Source of the DNA: Mytilus edulis
Taxonomy: Eukaryota
Length of the DNA: 64,000 nt
Reading direction: 5' to 3'
Assembly: GCF_963676685.1 (NCBI RefSeq)
Contig: NC_092348.1
Span: 13,764,001 to 13,828,000, forward strand
Notes under the pieces: model-generated
The model's input: only the letters and a program-made list of their open reading frames with translations
Told to the model about the DNA's origin: nothing
The model's database searches: none
Program-made: the position numbers and the translations under genes
Part shown: positions 50,428 through 62,224 of the stretch, piece after piece
Position numbering within the stretch: position 1 is the first letter of the stretch
Layout of the letters: each line of letters opens with the position of its first letter

Positions 50428-51050
50428 TTAAGAAATAATTCATGGGGGCTTGAACATATCGTGATTTTACCACGGGTTGACCCTTTATGATAAATATTTT
50501 ACCCCTGAGCGATAGCGAGGGGTAAAATATCGGCATAAAGGAACAACCCGTGGTAAAATCTAGATATATTCAAGCCCCCATGAATTATTTCGATTCTGAT
50601 AGGACACATACGGCAATTCTTTTGGATCGAAGCGCTCTAGGTGTAGGCAAATATTTGCCGTTCCCATAAATAAACGCACTAATAAACTAGCGTAAAAGAA
50701 CGGAGCAAACTGCATTAGTGACATGCTTAAACTATTTAAAATAATGTATTTAGACAGTTTTGGATGAATTTGAATGATAATTTATTTATATGTCTTATAT
50801 GATGTACAATAAAGGGCTTTTGCCACATTTTAGCATCATTTGTGTATGTTTCCTTGTGATGATTTTCGGATTCACAAGCGTGTATTTTCCCGTAAAATGC
50901 TTACATTCTAACGTCATTGTTCTATGACGTCGGGTATCTCATTCTTAAAAAAGCATATGACGTGGGAGTACAATCCGAACAGCACTGGCAATATATTCAT
51001 ATTTTACCACGGGTGTGTACTCGAAGCGTTTGAAGGACGTCATGTTAGAA
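50428..51050 (+). mobile_element. Hairpin-type insertion without TIRs (family member 4)
   Basis: Removing it restores LINE codons VLGIYFGINKK. TTAAG start and hairpin 50432-50591 with apex GCGATAGCG. Confidence 0.82.
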
Positions 51051-52149
51051 TTCGGCATTAATAAAAAAGATTGTGAAAAATTGAATTGGGATACTAGATT
51101 TGAAAAGAGTCGAAATCTGATTACATCGTGGAAAAAAAGAAACTTAACCATTTTAGGTAACATTGTAATAGTTAAAACTCTCATCATACCACACTTTAAC
51201 TTTTTAGAAAATGTTACAGTTTTAAGTAACTCAAAAATACTTGATCAAGAAAGAGAAATCTTTAGTTTCATATGGAATAGTAAGAAAGACAAAGTTAAAA
51301 GACATACTTTGGTAGCAGATTACAACCAGGGAGGGCTTAATATGACCGACATAAAAAGCTACCTCTACTCTCTTAAAATAAGATGGGTCTCTAGATTGCT
51401 ACAGGCAAAACAAGAAAATTGGAAATTGATACCAAAGCTATTTTTAAATAAGTTAGGAGAAAATTTCCTCATTTTTAGAATGAAGTTAAACAACCAAATT
51501 TAAAAAAAAAACTGGATCACATAACTAAGGATATTCCAGAATTTTACTTAGAAAAAATAAAAAGTTGGATTTTATTTCATGAAACGAACAACACAGAATT
51601 TCAAAACTTTGTCGAGATAAGAAAGCAAGTTATCTGGGGTAATAAATTTATAAAATTTCAAAACAAGCCGCTTATTATGCATAACTGGATACACAGTGAT
51701 TTCATTTATATTAATGATATTATTGACGATAATGGAAAAATTGCCCAAGATAAAATATTAAAAAACTGCGAAACACTAAAAATTGGATAGCAGAAATTTT
51801 AAAAGTCAAAAACTAAATACCAACCTCATGGCTGAAAGCTTTATCAACGGAAGAATCCATCAAATCAAAAGTAAATTTTAATAGATTATTTATCAATATA
51901 AACAAAGAAAATTGTATACGTCGCATATGACACATATTCAATGTATATACAAACAATTTTAAAATTTCACATAGGCAATGTTAGCACACAGGGTTAAAAA
52001 TTAAAAGTATCTAAGAATTAATTTCAGAAATAGACCGAGATTTAAAATAGTCCAAAAGTTATATAGAAATTATAAGAATCCACAAATAGTTCATTCCACT
52101 ACGGGATTGAATAATTTGACGTTTGTGGTTCAACGTATTTTTTTGTAAT

Positions 52150-54780
52150 TCATAGTAGAAATATATCAAAATTAGAACAATATCACACTGACGGGATCTT
52201 TTAAAGTACAGAGTCACGTTATAAGAACCAAAGAAATACAAAAAGTTGCATATACAAAACACACCAGCAAAAAATGAAAGACAATACAAACACATTGACG
52301 AGATGTTAAGTACCGAGCCACGTTAAACGGATATCACATAAAACAATCCAACAGTAAAAGTAATATTAATAATAGAACAAAGACAAATGAAAGAACAATA
52401 AAACACGTTGTTAAGATCATAAACAACATCAGTACGCAGAATCTATACATCAAGACCATCATGTATTATTTGTAAAGTTGATACGGAATATTTATCAACA
52501 AGGTCATGGTACCTTCCGAGTCTACTTTTTTAGTTAAAGGACGAGACGTTCTTTGACATACCCCTGGTTCATCAACTTTTTACTCAGACACTGATGACGT
52601 TTTACATAGTCTGAGTAGGAGCTGAAAGCTCTTGAATATCGAATAAGTTGGGATATGTATATCCCATGTGCAGGTGAATTTGGTACATTGCTACTAAGGT
52701 GGGGGAAATTTATAATTTCAAAATTAAAATGTTGTTTCTTTAATTTCTAGTTCTGGTGGATATATTAGTGGAATCCAATCAGAAAAGTTTGGATTGTTTA
52801 TGGAAAGAACATCAATATATCTGAAAGTGAAATAAATAATCTGGCTTCTTTGATCCTCTTGTTTTTGACAAGTGTCTGAAGGAACTCAGATTCATAAGAA
52901 AATAAGAAGAGGTCGGCAAGAAGAGGCGCACAGTTTCTTCCCATAGAAATGCCGACAATTTGTTGGAAAAGTCTACCTCCAAACTCAACAAATATGTTGT
53001 TGATAAGAAACTCCAGCATACTGACCACTTGTTCTTCTGTGTAGCATGTTTTACCGTTTTGTTTGTCACTATTAACGAAATATGCCTTATGAAATCCCAA
53101 AGTAATAAATTTATAGCGTATGCTACCATTTTTATGTTGACAGGCACTGTGGATATTTTCTTTTAGGCGATTTTTCAATTTCACATGGGGAATGGTGGTA
53201 TACAGGGTTAAAAAATCAAAAGTTTGATAGAACTAATTTCAGAAAAAGACCGAGATTTAAAATTATCTAGAAGTTCATTAGAAGTTTTACGAATCCACAT
53301 ATGGTTAATACCACTACGCGAGTAAACAGTTTCACAGTATTTCTGAAGACCCTCTTTCACTGCGGACAGAATTTTAGTCAATCTAATGGACAATTATTTA
53401 GTGGAACATGAAGATGAGCCAGCAATATACCGTTGTTTTTACGAAATTTTATGAAGCTTTGGTATCCAAATACAAACAAGGTAAGTCCTCCGATTTGGTG
53501 TTCAATGTAATGTTTATTGCAGCCATGAATGACTTATGATTTGCTAAAATCTCATCCTTGTCAGATGATATGTCTTTGTATGTGGGATTACCTGAGTGTT
53601 CCTTTATACCTAATTCTTTTACAAGACATTCGTAGTAATACGATTTACATACAAAGACAATATTATTTGAAGCTTTGTCCGCAGAAACAACAACATATTA
53701 ATTATGAAGAGATGATGGACATTTCATGGCCTCTTTGTCTCTGAAATCGGACTTTGGTCGATCGTTCACACAGTTTATCAACTTGTGAATGCGACGTTTT
53801 ATCAGAGACCTAATAGTTTTAACCCATTCTGACAAAGTGTCCAGTTCAACTTTTTCTCGCTTAGCCCTTGCTCTGGCGTAGTCCTCAATGGAATACATAA
53901 TTATTTTGAAGTTATGGTTCCAATTGATGTGTTGGGGTTCTCTAAACTTAGGACCATGAGAAATCACCTTTCGGAGATTTTTATGTTGAATTATGTTTAG
54001 ATGCCCAGTTATAAAATGACCAGAGGGGCTGTAATTATAAGGCGAGTGGGAACAGTCACATGTCGAAGTTTTTTTTTAGATATTGTTCTAAGTCAAGGTC
54101 CTGCAATACTTGTTTATAGTTAAATATTCTAGGTGCAATGGTTTTTGGTGTAACTGTAGGATACGATAGGAACAGACTGATTTTGAAAATAAATAGGAAT
54201 TTTAAATGTTACCTCCTTGTGATGTAGAACGTTGCAGATATTGATTGCATGAATTCCTCTATTGGCAAAGTCAACAGGAAGGAATTTCCTCTTTTCCTCA
54301 TATAAAGGTTCCGATCTTACTGGTTTGAAGAGACGGAAAAGAGCTACATCACAAATAATACTGACAAATTTGTATATGAAGAAAATGTATTCGTGCCTCC
54401 TTTGTCAAGTGCATAATTTTTCAAACGTTTAAGAAAATTAACTGGCAGTGAAAAGAGAATAGTTCTTATATAATGTAACCCTAGTGGATGATGAAGATGT
54501 GAAAGAATGTCATTAAAGCTCCCAGAGGGTGATCTAGATTTGGAAGACTTTTTTACATTAGGCCGATGGTAATGTTTTTGCCCATGACTACATTGTTGTC
54601 GAAAGGTAGTATTAAATAAACATTAACATCACTGCAGGCAGGACTTGACAAATTTCCTACTCCTTTAATATTATTATTACAACCATATGGCATTTCGGTC
54701 CCTAATACCCTTATCCGGAAATTTTCTCTATCTTTGCGGAAAGGAGTACTTAGTACAGGGCTATTTGTGTGGTGTATTCA
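52150..54780 (-). mobile_element. Naiad-type PLE (Cys variant), 5'-truncated and frameshifted
   Basis: GIY-YIG tail (HHTNSPVLSTPFRKDRE, PYGCNNNI) precedes the RT: HGPKFREP, ADKASNNIVFVCKSYY, TLYTTIPH, GISMGRNCAPLLADLFL, FRYIDDVL. Confidence 0.92.
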
Positions 54781-55059
54781 ATCTCTTTAAATCTGAATTT
54801 GACGAATACGTATGATCCTACAATCTACAAGAATATACTACAGTCCAAGTGCTTCAAACTTTAATTTTTCCAAAAGTAAAACACTTTTAAGATATTTCTA
54901 GGACACTTCAACTATTATGAATAAAAAAATTACCCACCTAATATGTTTAAAATCCAAATAAAAAAGATATCAAGTCGCCAAATTCATCATACATCCTTTT
55001 AGAAGCATCCTCTCAAGATTGGAACGTTGCTCAACAGTTTTTCAAGAAAGATATATACC

Positions 55060-55712
55060 TAATAAAAGAGGGGCGAAAGATACCAGAGGGACAGTCAAAC
55101 TCATAAATCGAAAATAAAGTGACAACGTCATGTCTAAAAATGAAAAAAGAAAAACAGACAAACAATAGTACACATGACACAACATAGAAAACTAAAGAAT
55201 AAGCAACACGAACCCCACCAAAAACTAGAGGGATCTCAGGTGCTCCGTAAGGGTAAGCAGATCCTGCTCCACATGTGGTACCCATCGTGTTGCTTATGTG
55301 ATAACAAATCCGGTAAATAGTCTAATTCGGTAGGTCACATTCATGAAAGGGAAGGGGATTGTAGTTACGACGTAAGGAACATATCCGATATTATTTGTGA
55401 AACGGTTATTCCATAACGGTCAACCAACTCGTGATGGCGTCCGTAAAATTTACGAAGGGATGATTTCAATCTCACCATTTGGAACTCTTGGTTTAATAGC
55501 TTCCTTGTGAGTAGCAATCCTCTATCAAGAAAAACATGATAGGAAATGCAAAGACGGGAATATCTTATCAATTGAGAGATATATACCCCGTATGCAGGTG
55601 CTGCTGAAATGTTGCTACATTAAAATGGAAAGTTTACAATTGGAAAGCTGAAATCATCTCTTATGGCGTAAAGTTTTGTTTTCAACCGACCCACATTGTC
55701 AATTTCTAGATG
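55060..55712 (-). mobile_element. 3' fragment of another PLE family (RT thumb and 3' UTR)
   Basis: RDDFSFPIVNFPF...PAYGVYISQLIRYSR...LRKFYGRHHELVDRY, then a gagcaggatctgcttaccctt tail. A degenerate copy of the tail lies at ~30055-30225(+). Confidence 0.85.
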
Positions 55713-55714
55713 TT

Positions 55715-56460
55715 TAAATTTTGATTTAAAATCTCGATAATTTCATTTGGATATCTGCAAAGAGCAACATACATATTAAGGGTTCTCTTGGAACGGAAAG
55801 TTTTATTGTTTTTTCAGTTTTAGCTTTTGGTTTGAGTTCAGCGCCTTACATTTACGACCTATGGTTAAATAATGGCGTGAAAAAGGAGTAGATATTATTA
55901 GTTACATAGTGTGCTAGTGACCTAATACGGTATATATGGGGTCAGTAAATTCCATATGGAGTGAAAGCGAAGAAGTGCTTTATCTAGATGATGGTATAGG
56001 TATGTCAGAAGGGTATTTAGAATGTCAAAATATATCTGAATTCGTAAAGTCCTCATTAACATTAGCTGGATTTTTGATAAATGAACAAACATCTATTTTT
56101 GATTTGATCCAGTTCAACGCTTGGAATGGCTCGGATCAATTTGTGATTATGTAAGCTTTGGTTGAGCTTTGTCTGAACGTAGATTAAATGATGCAAAAGA
56201 ATCGTTTGACAATATTGTGAAACAAAATCCCATTATAAGTCAGTTAGCATCGCCGTTCACAAGTAGAATTATTTATATGTTTCCAGTTATGGGCAATGTC
56301 ACAAGCCTAATGACAAGGTATTTATATTTTGCAATAATTGGATGGTTATTTAAATATTGCTTACGCTGAGTGTGTATTAGCAATGCTGAGATTTTGGTCC
56401 GACAGTTTGACAAATTTTAATCAGAAGAATTTTGTGAATGACACCTTACCGAACATAGTG
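55715..56460 (+). pseudogene. Ngaro/DIRS-like RT fragment
   Basis: FDLKS, FHLDI, GFSWNGKFY, LAFGLSSAPYI and VLYLDDGIG...LAGFLIN motifs. Confidence 0.8.
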
Positions 56461-57109
56461 TCGGACTCAATCAATCATAAACATCCATCGAGATGTAGAC
56501 TTTGCATATAGAACACTGTCTTTTTTCTTACAACTTTTGCTCCGTTATATAATTTTGACTACACTATTTATAGCGTGACCTTTATATTTATAAAACTGAA
56601 AATTGCTGTGTATGCAAAGTTATTTCATTTAATTGTATGCATATTGCTGTTATTTCATACATCATGGATAAAAATGGCTTTACGTTAATACAAAATTGCA
56701 ATATCAAAGCAATGGTTTTAATAAGTTAAAATTAAATTGAAAGAAACAGCTCACAAGATTGATAATTTTTTCCTAGTATTCATATAAAAAAATAGAATTT
56801 AAAATAGAAAGTTGTTTTAAATGCAAATCATGTTTTTCATATGGAACAAATAGATCAAGAGGTGTCGGAAAAAAAGTTTGATCTTAATGGAAGATTTATG
56901 TCGAGGCTCATTACGTATAAATGTCGTTTGGGAATTACATTTTTTTTTAAGTTTTCGCGAATTTATTTTGCAGGTAAAATCGGGTAAAAATATAGGTAAT
57001 GTTAATATAAAAAATTACAAATATAACTATAATTTGTTAATTTTCATAGTAAATATAACTATAAATTATTAATTTTGAAAATAACTCCATTTGGTTAAGT
57101 TTCATCCAG

Positions 57110-58140
57110 GCAAACAAATCGGGGAAAATCATCAGTATACGATTGCTTTACTTTCGATGACCTCTTCGGTATTTATAGAACAGGGAAATCTGGTGATCTA
57201 TTTTGGCGATGCACTGTTTTAAAAGGATTATTGCTAGAGGCAGAATAATTGACCAATATTCAATAGCCATTCTTAATGGTAACTGTGAACATAAACACAC
57301 GTCAAATGCTAGAAAACTTGAGATGTAGCATAACCGCGTGGTGGTAGAGTAAAAGTGATAGAATACATATAACAGTAGAGCGTAGTAAACTAATTAATAT
57401 AGAAGAAGGAAACCTTATTGGGAATGACCTGACAATGGCTATATAACGAGAAACGGCAAAGAATACCTAGATCTACCAAAGTAAAGAGATGAAATTCAAA
57501 AACACCATGGACGGATTAGAATTGCAAACTAACTAAAAGGAATCATTTTGTCCTTTAAACAGCAAAGACCACGGTATTGTTATTCTATCTTGCAATTATA
57601 ATCTTGAAGCATTATGCACAAAAGCTTCAGAAATTTTCAAAGACGGAACTTTTAGTTACTGTCCTAAATATGTTGAACAGCTGTATACTTTTCATGGATA
57701 AAAACTGGGATATTATGTACCACTAGTGTTTGATCTCTTGCCATCTAAATCAGACGATATTTACACTGTTCTGTCCGACATAATATCTTCGTTTTGTACA
57801 TTATATTTAAACCAAGGCTCGTTCATATTGGTTTTAAAATCAAAATGCACATTGCATTTAGTTTTGTATTTCCATCTACAAGAATAAAATGCTGTCGTTT
57901 TCATTTAGACCAAAGATGTTGGCGCCTCATTCAGAAAGTTGGGCTTAGTGTTGAATATATGAACAAATAATGCGAAATTGGATTGTAGTTGATGAAATTC
58001 TGTTTGGTGTGGATCTTTTTGATCCTACAACAGTTGGTGATTGTTTTGCAGAGTAAATGTTAAAAGATGTTCCAAATGATCAGCGATGTGCGAAGTTTAT
58101 AGATTATCTCGTCGAAACTTATATTTCACCAGAGTCCCCA
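57110..58140 (+). pseudogene. MULE/Mutator transposase remnant
   Basis: DGTFSYCPKYVEQLYTFHG...YVPLVFDLLPSKS at ~57642 and IKCCRFHL at ~57885, with many stops. Confidence 0.8.
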
Positions 58141-59049
58141 TTGCACCTCCAAGTTTCACTAAGAAGAGCTAAATGAACAATCCTTTCTAAAGAATCGCCA
58201 GAACTTGTTTCAACTCCGATAGTGATAACAACTACATATTCTTTATCAAGTTGGGCATTACTTCCATTGGTAGAATACACGGCCGACACTCGGCTAACCG
58301 AGAGTTTGGTCGGTTAATCTATATTGAGTATGCGGCTATATCGGCGGTTGGTCTGTTAATCGGGTTGGCTATACGTCTGTTAAGAGTAAAACACACAATT
58401 TAATGTTAAACTCTGTTAAATATACAGATTTTTGGCATATTATAAGAACCAAATCAAAAAAAGAAAAATGTCTGACAAAATGATATCTATCATAGAACAT
58501 TTTCCACCATTAAAAAAAATGCATAGCCTGCCCAGTTATTTTGGATAAAAGGCTAAAAAACATTTTTATATATGATTTAAAGGACACAAAATAGTACTTT
58601 GATTCTAAAAAAATAATTGTCATAGTTAAAATATTTCATAATTGTTATATAAGTTGAGTAATACCACATTTTAATGAATATTAGGGGAATACAGTCTGTT
58701 AATGGGTTGGACAATTTAAATCGTGTCAGTTAAGAGTTATTTAGCCACGACAATAGTCTTACTACCTTTAGTTTATATTTTCACATTGAAAAAAATGAGA
58801 TGTACTTGTGACAAAAAATTACAATACGGTGCAACAGTATCCTTATAAAAAGAGAACTTTTATTTAAATTTTATTTCTTTGCATTTCATTGAAGGGTGTG
58901 TCACTTCAATATAGCGTTATATGGACTGATTGGCCGCTCGAATTAAAATAAAATTGACAAAGTCGGTATACGTTAGTTGCACGCCATAGGAACGCTTAGC
59001 AATCGTTCAAAGCGCGTTGCATAAGTTTGTAGTACGTCGAAATACAAAG

Positions 59050-59390
59050 GTAAAATTGAGAAAGGAAATGGGAAATGTGTCAAAGCGACAACAACCCGAC
59101 CATAGAGCAGGCAAAGGCCACCAATGGGTCTTCAATGTAGAGAGAAACTCCCGCACCTGTAGGCGGCCTTCAGCTGGCCCCTTAAAAAAGATGTATACTA
59201 GATCACACAAGACTAACAAAGGCCATAGGCTCCTGACTTGGGACAGGCGCAAAATTGCGGTGGGGATAAACATGTTTATGAGATATCAACCCTCCCCCTA
59301 ATCCTCTAGCCAATGAAGGAAAGTAAATACGCTTGATGAACGCTACAATCCCAGGAAATTTGTATGCAGCATAAAAAACATACAACATAC
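59050..59390 (-). mobile_element. Solo PLE 3' tail related to the terminus of the 61575-64000 element
   Basis: Aligns with 61585-61940. Another short copy lies at ~33730-33858(+). Confidence 0.8.
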
Positions 59391-59562
59391 GCCAACATAC
59401 GTTTCTAGTACGCCCAATACACGCTTAAAGCTCGTTTTGCACACGTTACAAATATGATTGACAGTTTAAATGCATCCAAAATTACTAGCGTATTGGCAGC
59501 GTAAATGATTTTGAACACGCCAGTGCTATACGCTGATGTGTGACGCCGGTATTAGTTGTGTT

Positions 59563-59712
59563 TCCTCAATGCTTTTCAACTTCGTATTTTATTTGGCATT
59601 TTAAACATTTTTTTCGTCACTGATGAGTTTTTCGTACGCGAAACGCGTGTCTGGCATAAATATAAGGAGTAAATATAAAATTTCAATCCTGGTATCTATG
59701 AGGACTTTATTT
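59563..59712 (+). mobile_element. Retrozyme fragment with degenerate hammerhead (59615-59655)
   Basis: cgtca-CTGATGA-...-GAAA-cgcgt-GTC-tggca, with flanks matching the 19954-20335 monomer. Stem II pairs poorly. Confidence 0.75.
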
Positions 59713-60537
59713 CCGGTATGTATTGTCTTTTGTACCAAGTCATCATTCTCATTTTCTGCCGCCTAAATGTATCAAGTACGGAATGACCGTTGTTTTCTAA
59801 TCGTTGGTAAGACGTGGTTCTAAACAAGAAATTGACATTAGTAAGATTTTTTTATATTTGTGTTGATGAATTTGTGAAAATTTTATATTCCTGGAAATCA
59901 CAACAAATGCATAATATTAATTTTATTTTTCGAGTAATTATGTATTCCTATGATATCGTAAGTCATTTGGCCGACTCGCAGTCCGCAAACGTGCTTGTTT
60001 TTCTATTGAGTGACCTTCAAGGTGGTGTAGAGAAAGGTTGATGTAGAAAGGTTTGTCTATATTTGTTTGCATTATAAACATACATGTATTTCAGTTCATT
60101 TAATAACAAAAAAAATCAAAAGTGAAAACTAAATTATGCATATGTTACACATGGTCTTATAATATTAAACGTTTAATTTGAGTTTTCCGCGACTTATGAT
60201 CACTACAAAGTAAATAGCAATCGATTTATCAGTACTTTATGAAACGTGTGGGAACTTAATGTGATAATACAATGCATGTTATATCAGATGCAGCAATGCC
60301 AGCATATCACCATAGTTTATTGCAAATTAAGATCAAGTAGCAAATTTAAGTGATTAGATCACACTTTTGATTTTAAATCACGACTTTAAAAACAAAAAGC
60401 AATATGTACAACCAATAAATATCTGCTCACAAGATGAAAATACCATGCGTGGATTTACCGTTGATCTATTATGACTGAATTTGTAATTTTAATATATGAT
60501 TATAAAGAATTTTCCATGTTTTTTTTATTATTAAAGA

Positions 60538-60756
60538 ATGCATATTTGTGATATATGTGGTAAAAACTTCAAAAGAAAATGGAATTTAACAAGACACAAT
60601 AAGACACATGAATCAGCATATAACCAGCCAAATCATGTTTATAAGTTGTATAAATGTGAGAAGAATAATTGTGGAGCGGAATTTACAACTAATACTGGTC
60701 TTTGGCAACACAAAAGGAGAGAACACCTGCATAAAGTTGAGAGGGGACTCAATATG
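60538..60756 (+). CDS. C2H2 zinc-finger protein, exon A (fingers 1-2)
   Basis: CDICGKNFKRKWNLTRHNKTH and CEKNNCGAEFTTNTGLWQHKRREH. Phase-0 donor gtatgt at 60757; an acceptor AG at 60535-36 suggests an upstream exon. Confidence 0.8.
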
Positions 60757-61055
60757 GTATGTTGTAATAGTTGAAATCTGGTGTGACACATAAAACACAC
60801 GAAGTTTGCAGTTTGACGCATATTATCTAATAATATATACTAGTATATCAAAGACCAAATAGCTGATACATTGTAGTAACATAAGGGATACAATTCGGAC
60901 TAATTAACTGGGGTTAATTGCATTGAGTGACTATTATCCAAAAAATGTACTCTTCAGTTTGACAAAATGTCCATTCTATATATTTTATTTTCATATTTGC
61001 AGTATTCATAGTATCTAGTGAAAGATCAATTCAAATTATGTAATTTTATTTGTAG

Positions 61056-61206
61056 TGTCCACTGTGTGACAAGATATTTGGACAGAAAATCCATCTACAC
61101 GCACATATGACATGCCACTCGGAGGAGAGAAAGTTTATATGTGATCGTTGTTGTAAACCAATGAAGCACCAAAGAAGCTTAAAAAGACATTATGTTAGAT
61201 GTAAAG
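61056..61206 (+). CDS. C2H2 zinc-finger protein, exon B
   Basis: ttgtag|CPLCDKIFGQKIHLHAHMTCH...CDRCCKPMKHQRSLKRHYVRCK|gtgagt. Splice phases fit both neighbouring exons. Confidence 0.8.
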
Positions 61207-61369
61207 GTGAGTGAAAATGTGTAAACTACATTAACTCTGGTCAACAGTGATGAAAAAACTAAAAAAAAATTATATATTGTTTTCCAAAACATATTATATA
61301 TAATATTATAAAAACAGAGATATATATCACACAATGATAGGTACAGAATCATGTATCATATTTTTTTAG

Positions 61370-61725
61370 GTATTCAAGAGAACAAACAGTTCGCATGCAG
61401 TGTTTGTAAGAAGGAGTTTCAATCCAAGCAATATCTCAAGGTAAATTGCAAATCTGCACACCAAAAACCTGTCTTCCAATGTGACAGTTGTGGCGAAATC
61501 TTTAAGTGGCAGTCAAGCTACAACCGACATACAGCTAAGGGTCGATGTCATGGAAAGAAGACGGATAATACAGTTAATAAAATTAAAATTGAGAATGGAA
61601 ATGGGGAATGTGTCAAAGAGACAACAACCCGACCAAATAAAAAAACAACAACAGAGGGTCACCAACAGGTCTTCAATGCAGCGAGAAATTCCCGCACCCG
61701 GAGGCGTCCTTCAGCTGGCCCCTAA
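61370..61725 (+). CDS. C2H2 zinc-finger protein, exon C; last ~50 codons derive from the antisense PLE tail
   Basis: ttttag|GIQENKQFACSVCKKEF...FQCDSCGEIFKWQSSYNRH, reading through PLE sequence to a TAA at 61723-25. Confidence 0.75.
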
Positions 61726-62104
61726 ACAAATATATATTAGTCCAGTGATAATGAACGCCATACTAATTTCCAAATTGTACACAAGAAACTAAAATTAAAA
61801 TAATACAAGACTAACAAAGGCCAGAGGCTCCTGACTTGGGACAGGCGCAAAAATGCGGCGGGGTTAAACATGTTTGTGAGATCTCAACCCTCCCCTATAC
61901 CTCTAACCAATGTAGTAAAGTAAACGCATAACAATACGCACATTAAAATTCAGTTCAAGAGAAATCCGAGTCTGATGTCAGAAGATGTAACCAAAGAAAA
62001 TAAACAAAATGACAATAATACATAAATAACAACAGACTACTAGCAGTTAACTGACATGCAAGCTCCAGACTTCAATTAAACTGACTGAAAGATTATGATT
62101 TCAT

Positions 62105-62168
62105 CATATGAACATCAGGCACAATTCTTCCCGTTAGGGGTTTAGTATCATACCATCATAACATATAT
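62105..62168 (-). promoter_or_regulatory. Type II SECIS element
   Basis: Minus strand: atatgtt-ATGA-T-GGTATGAT-act-AAA-c-CCC-taac-GGG-aaga-ATTGTGCC-TGAT-gttcatat. It has the AUGA/GA quartet, an 8-bp helix II, AAA 12 nt after AUGA and an apical mini-stem. Confidence 0.88.
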
Positions 62169-62224
62169 AAGAAGAACATAACCCGTGTCATGCCAACAAC
62201 TGTTTTTAAAAAAAAATAATGTGT

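Larger units (their letters stand above)
47950..51900 (+). mobile_element. Tx1/L1-like LINE ORF2 (endonuclease end and RT), decayed and interrupted by three insertions
   Basis: STDHQAV...RGPGYWNIN, NYRPISLLNSDYKI, DFLKAFDTLEW, GIRQGCP, QVVDETT, NLTILGNIVIVK and GGLNMTD motifs in order. Confidence 0.92.

Noticed and set aside
55292-55346. SECIS-like hairpin (ATGAATGTGA...TCACATAAG) in the 3' UTR of the 55060-55712 PLE
   Set aside because: It lacks the 3' GA of the quartet, helix II is short and interrupted, and no Sec codon is available in this fragment. It could be re-tested on the family consensus.
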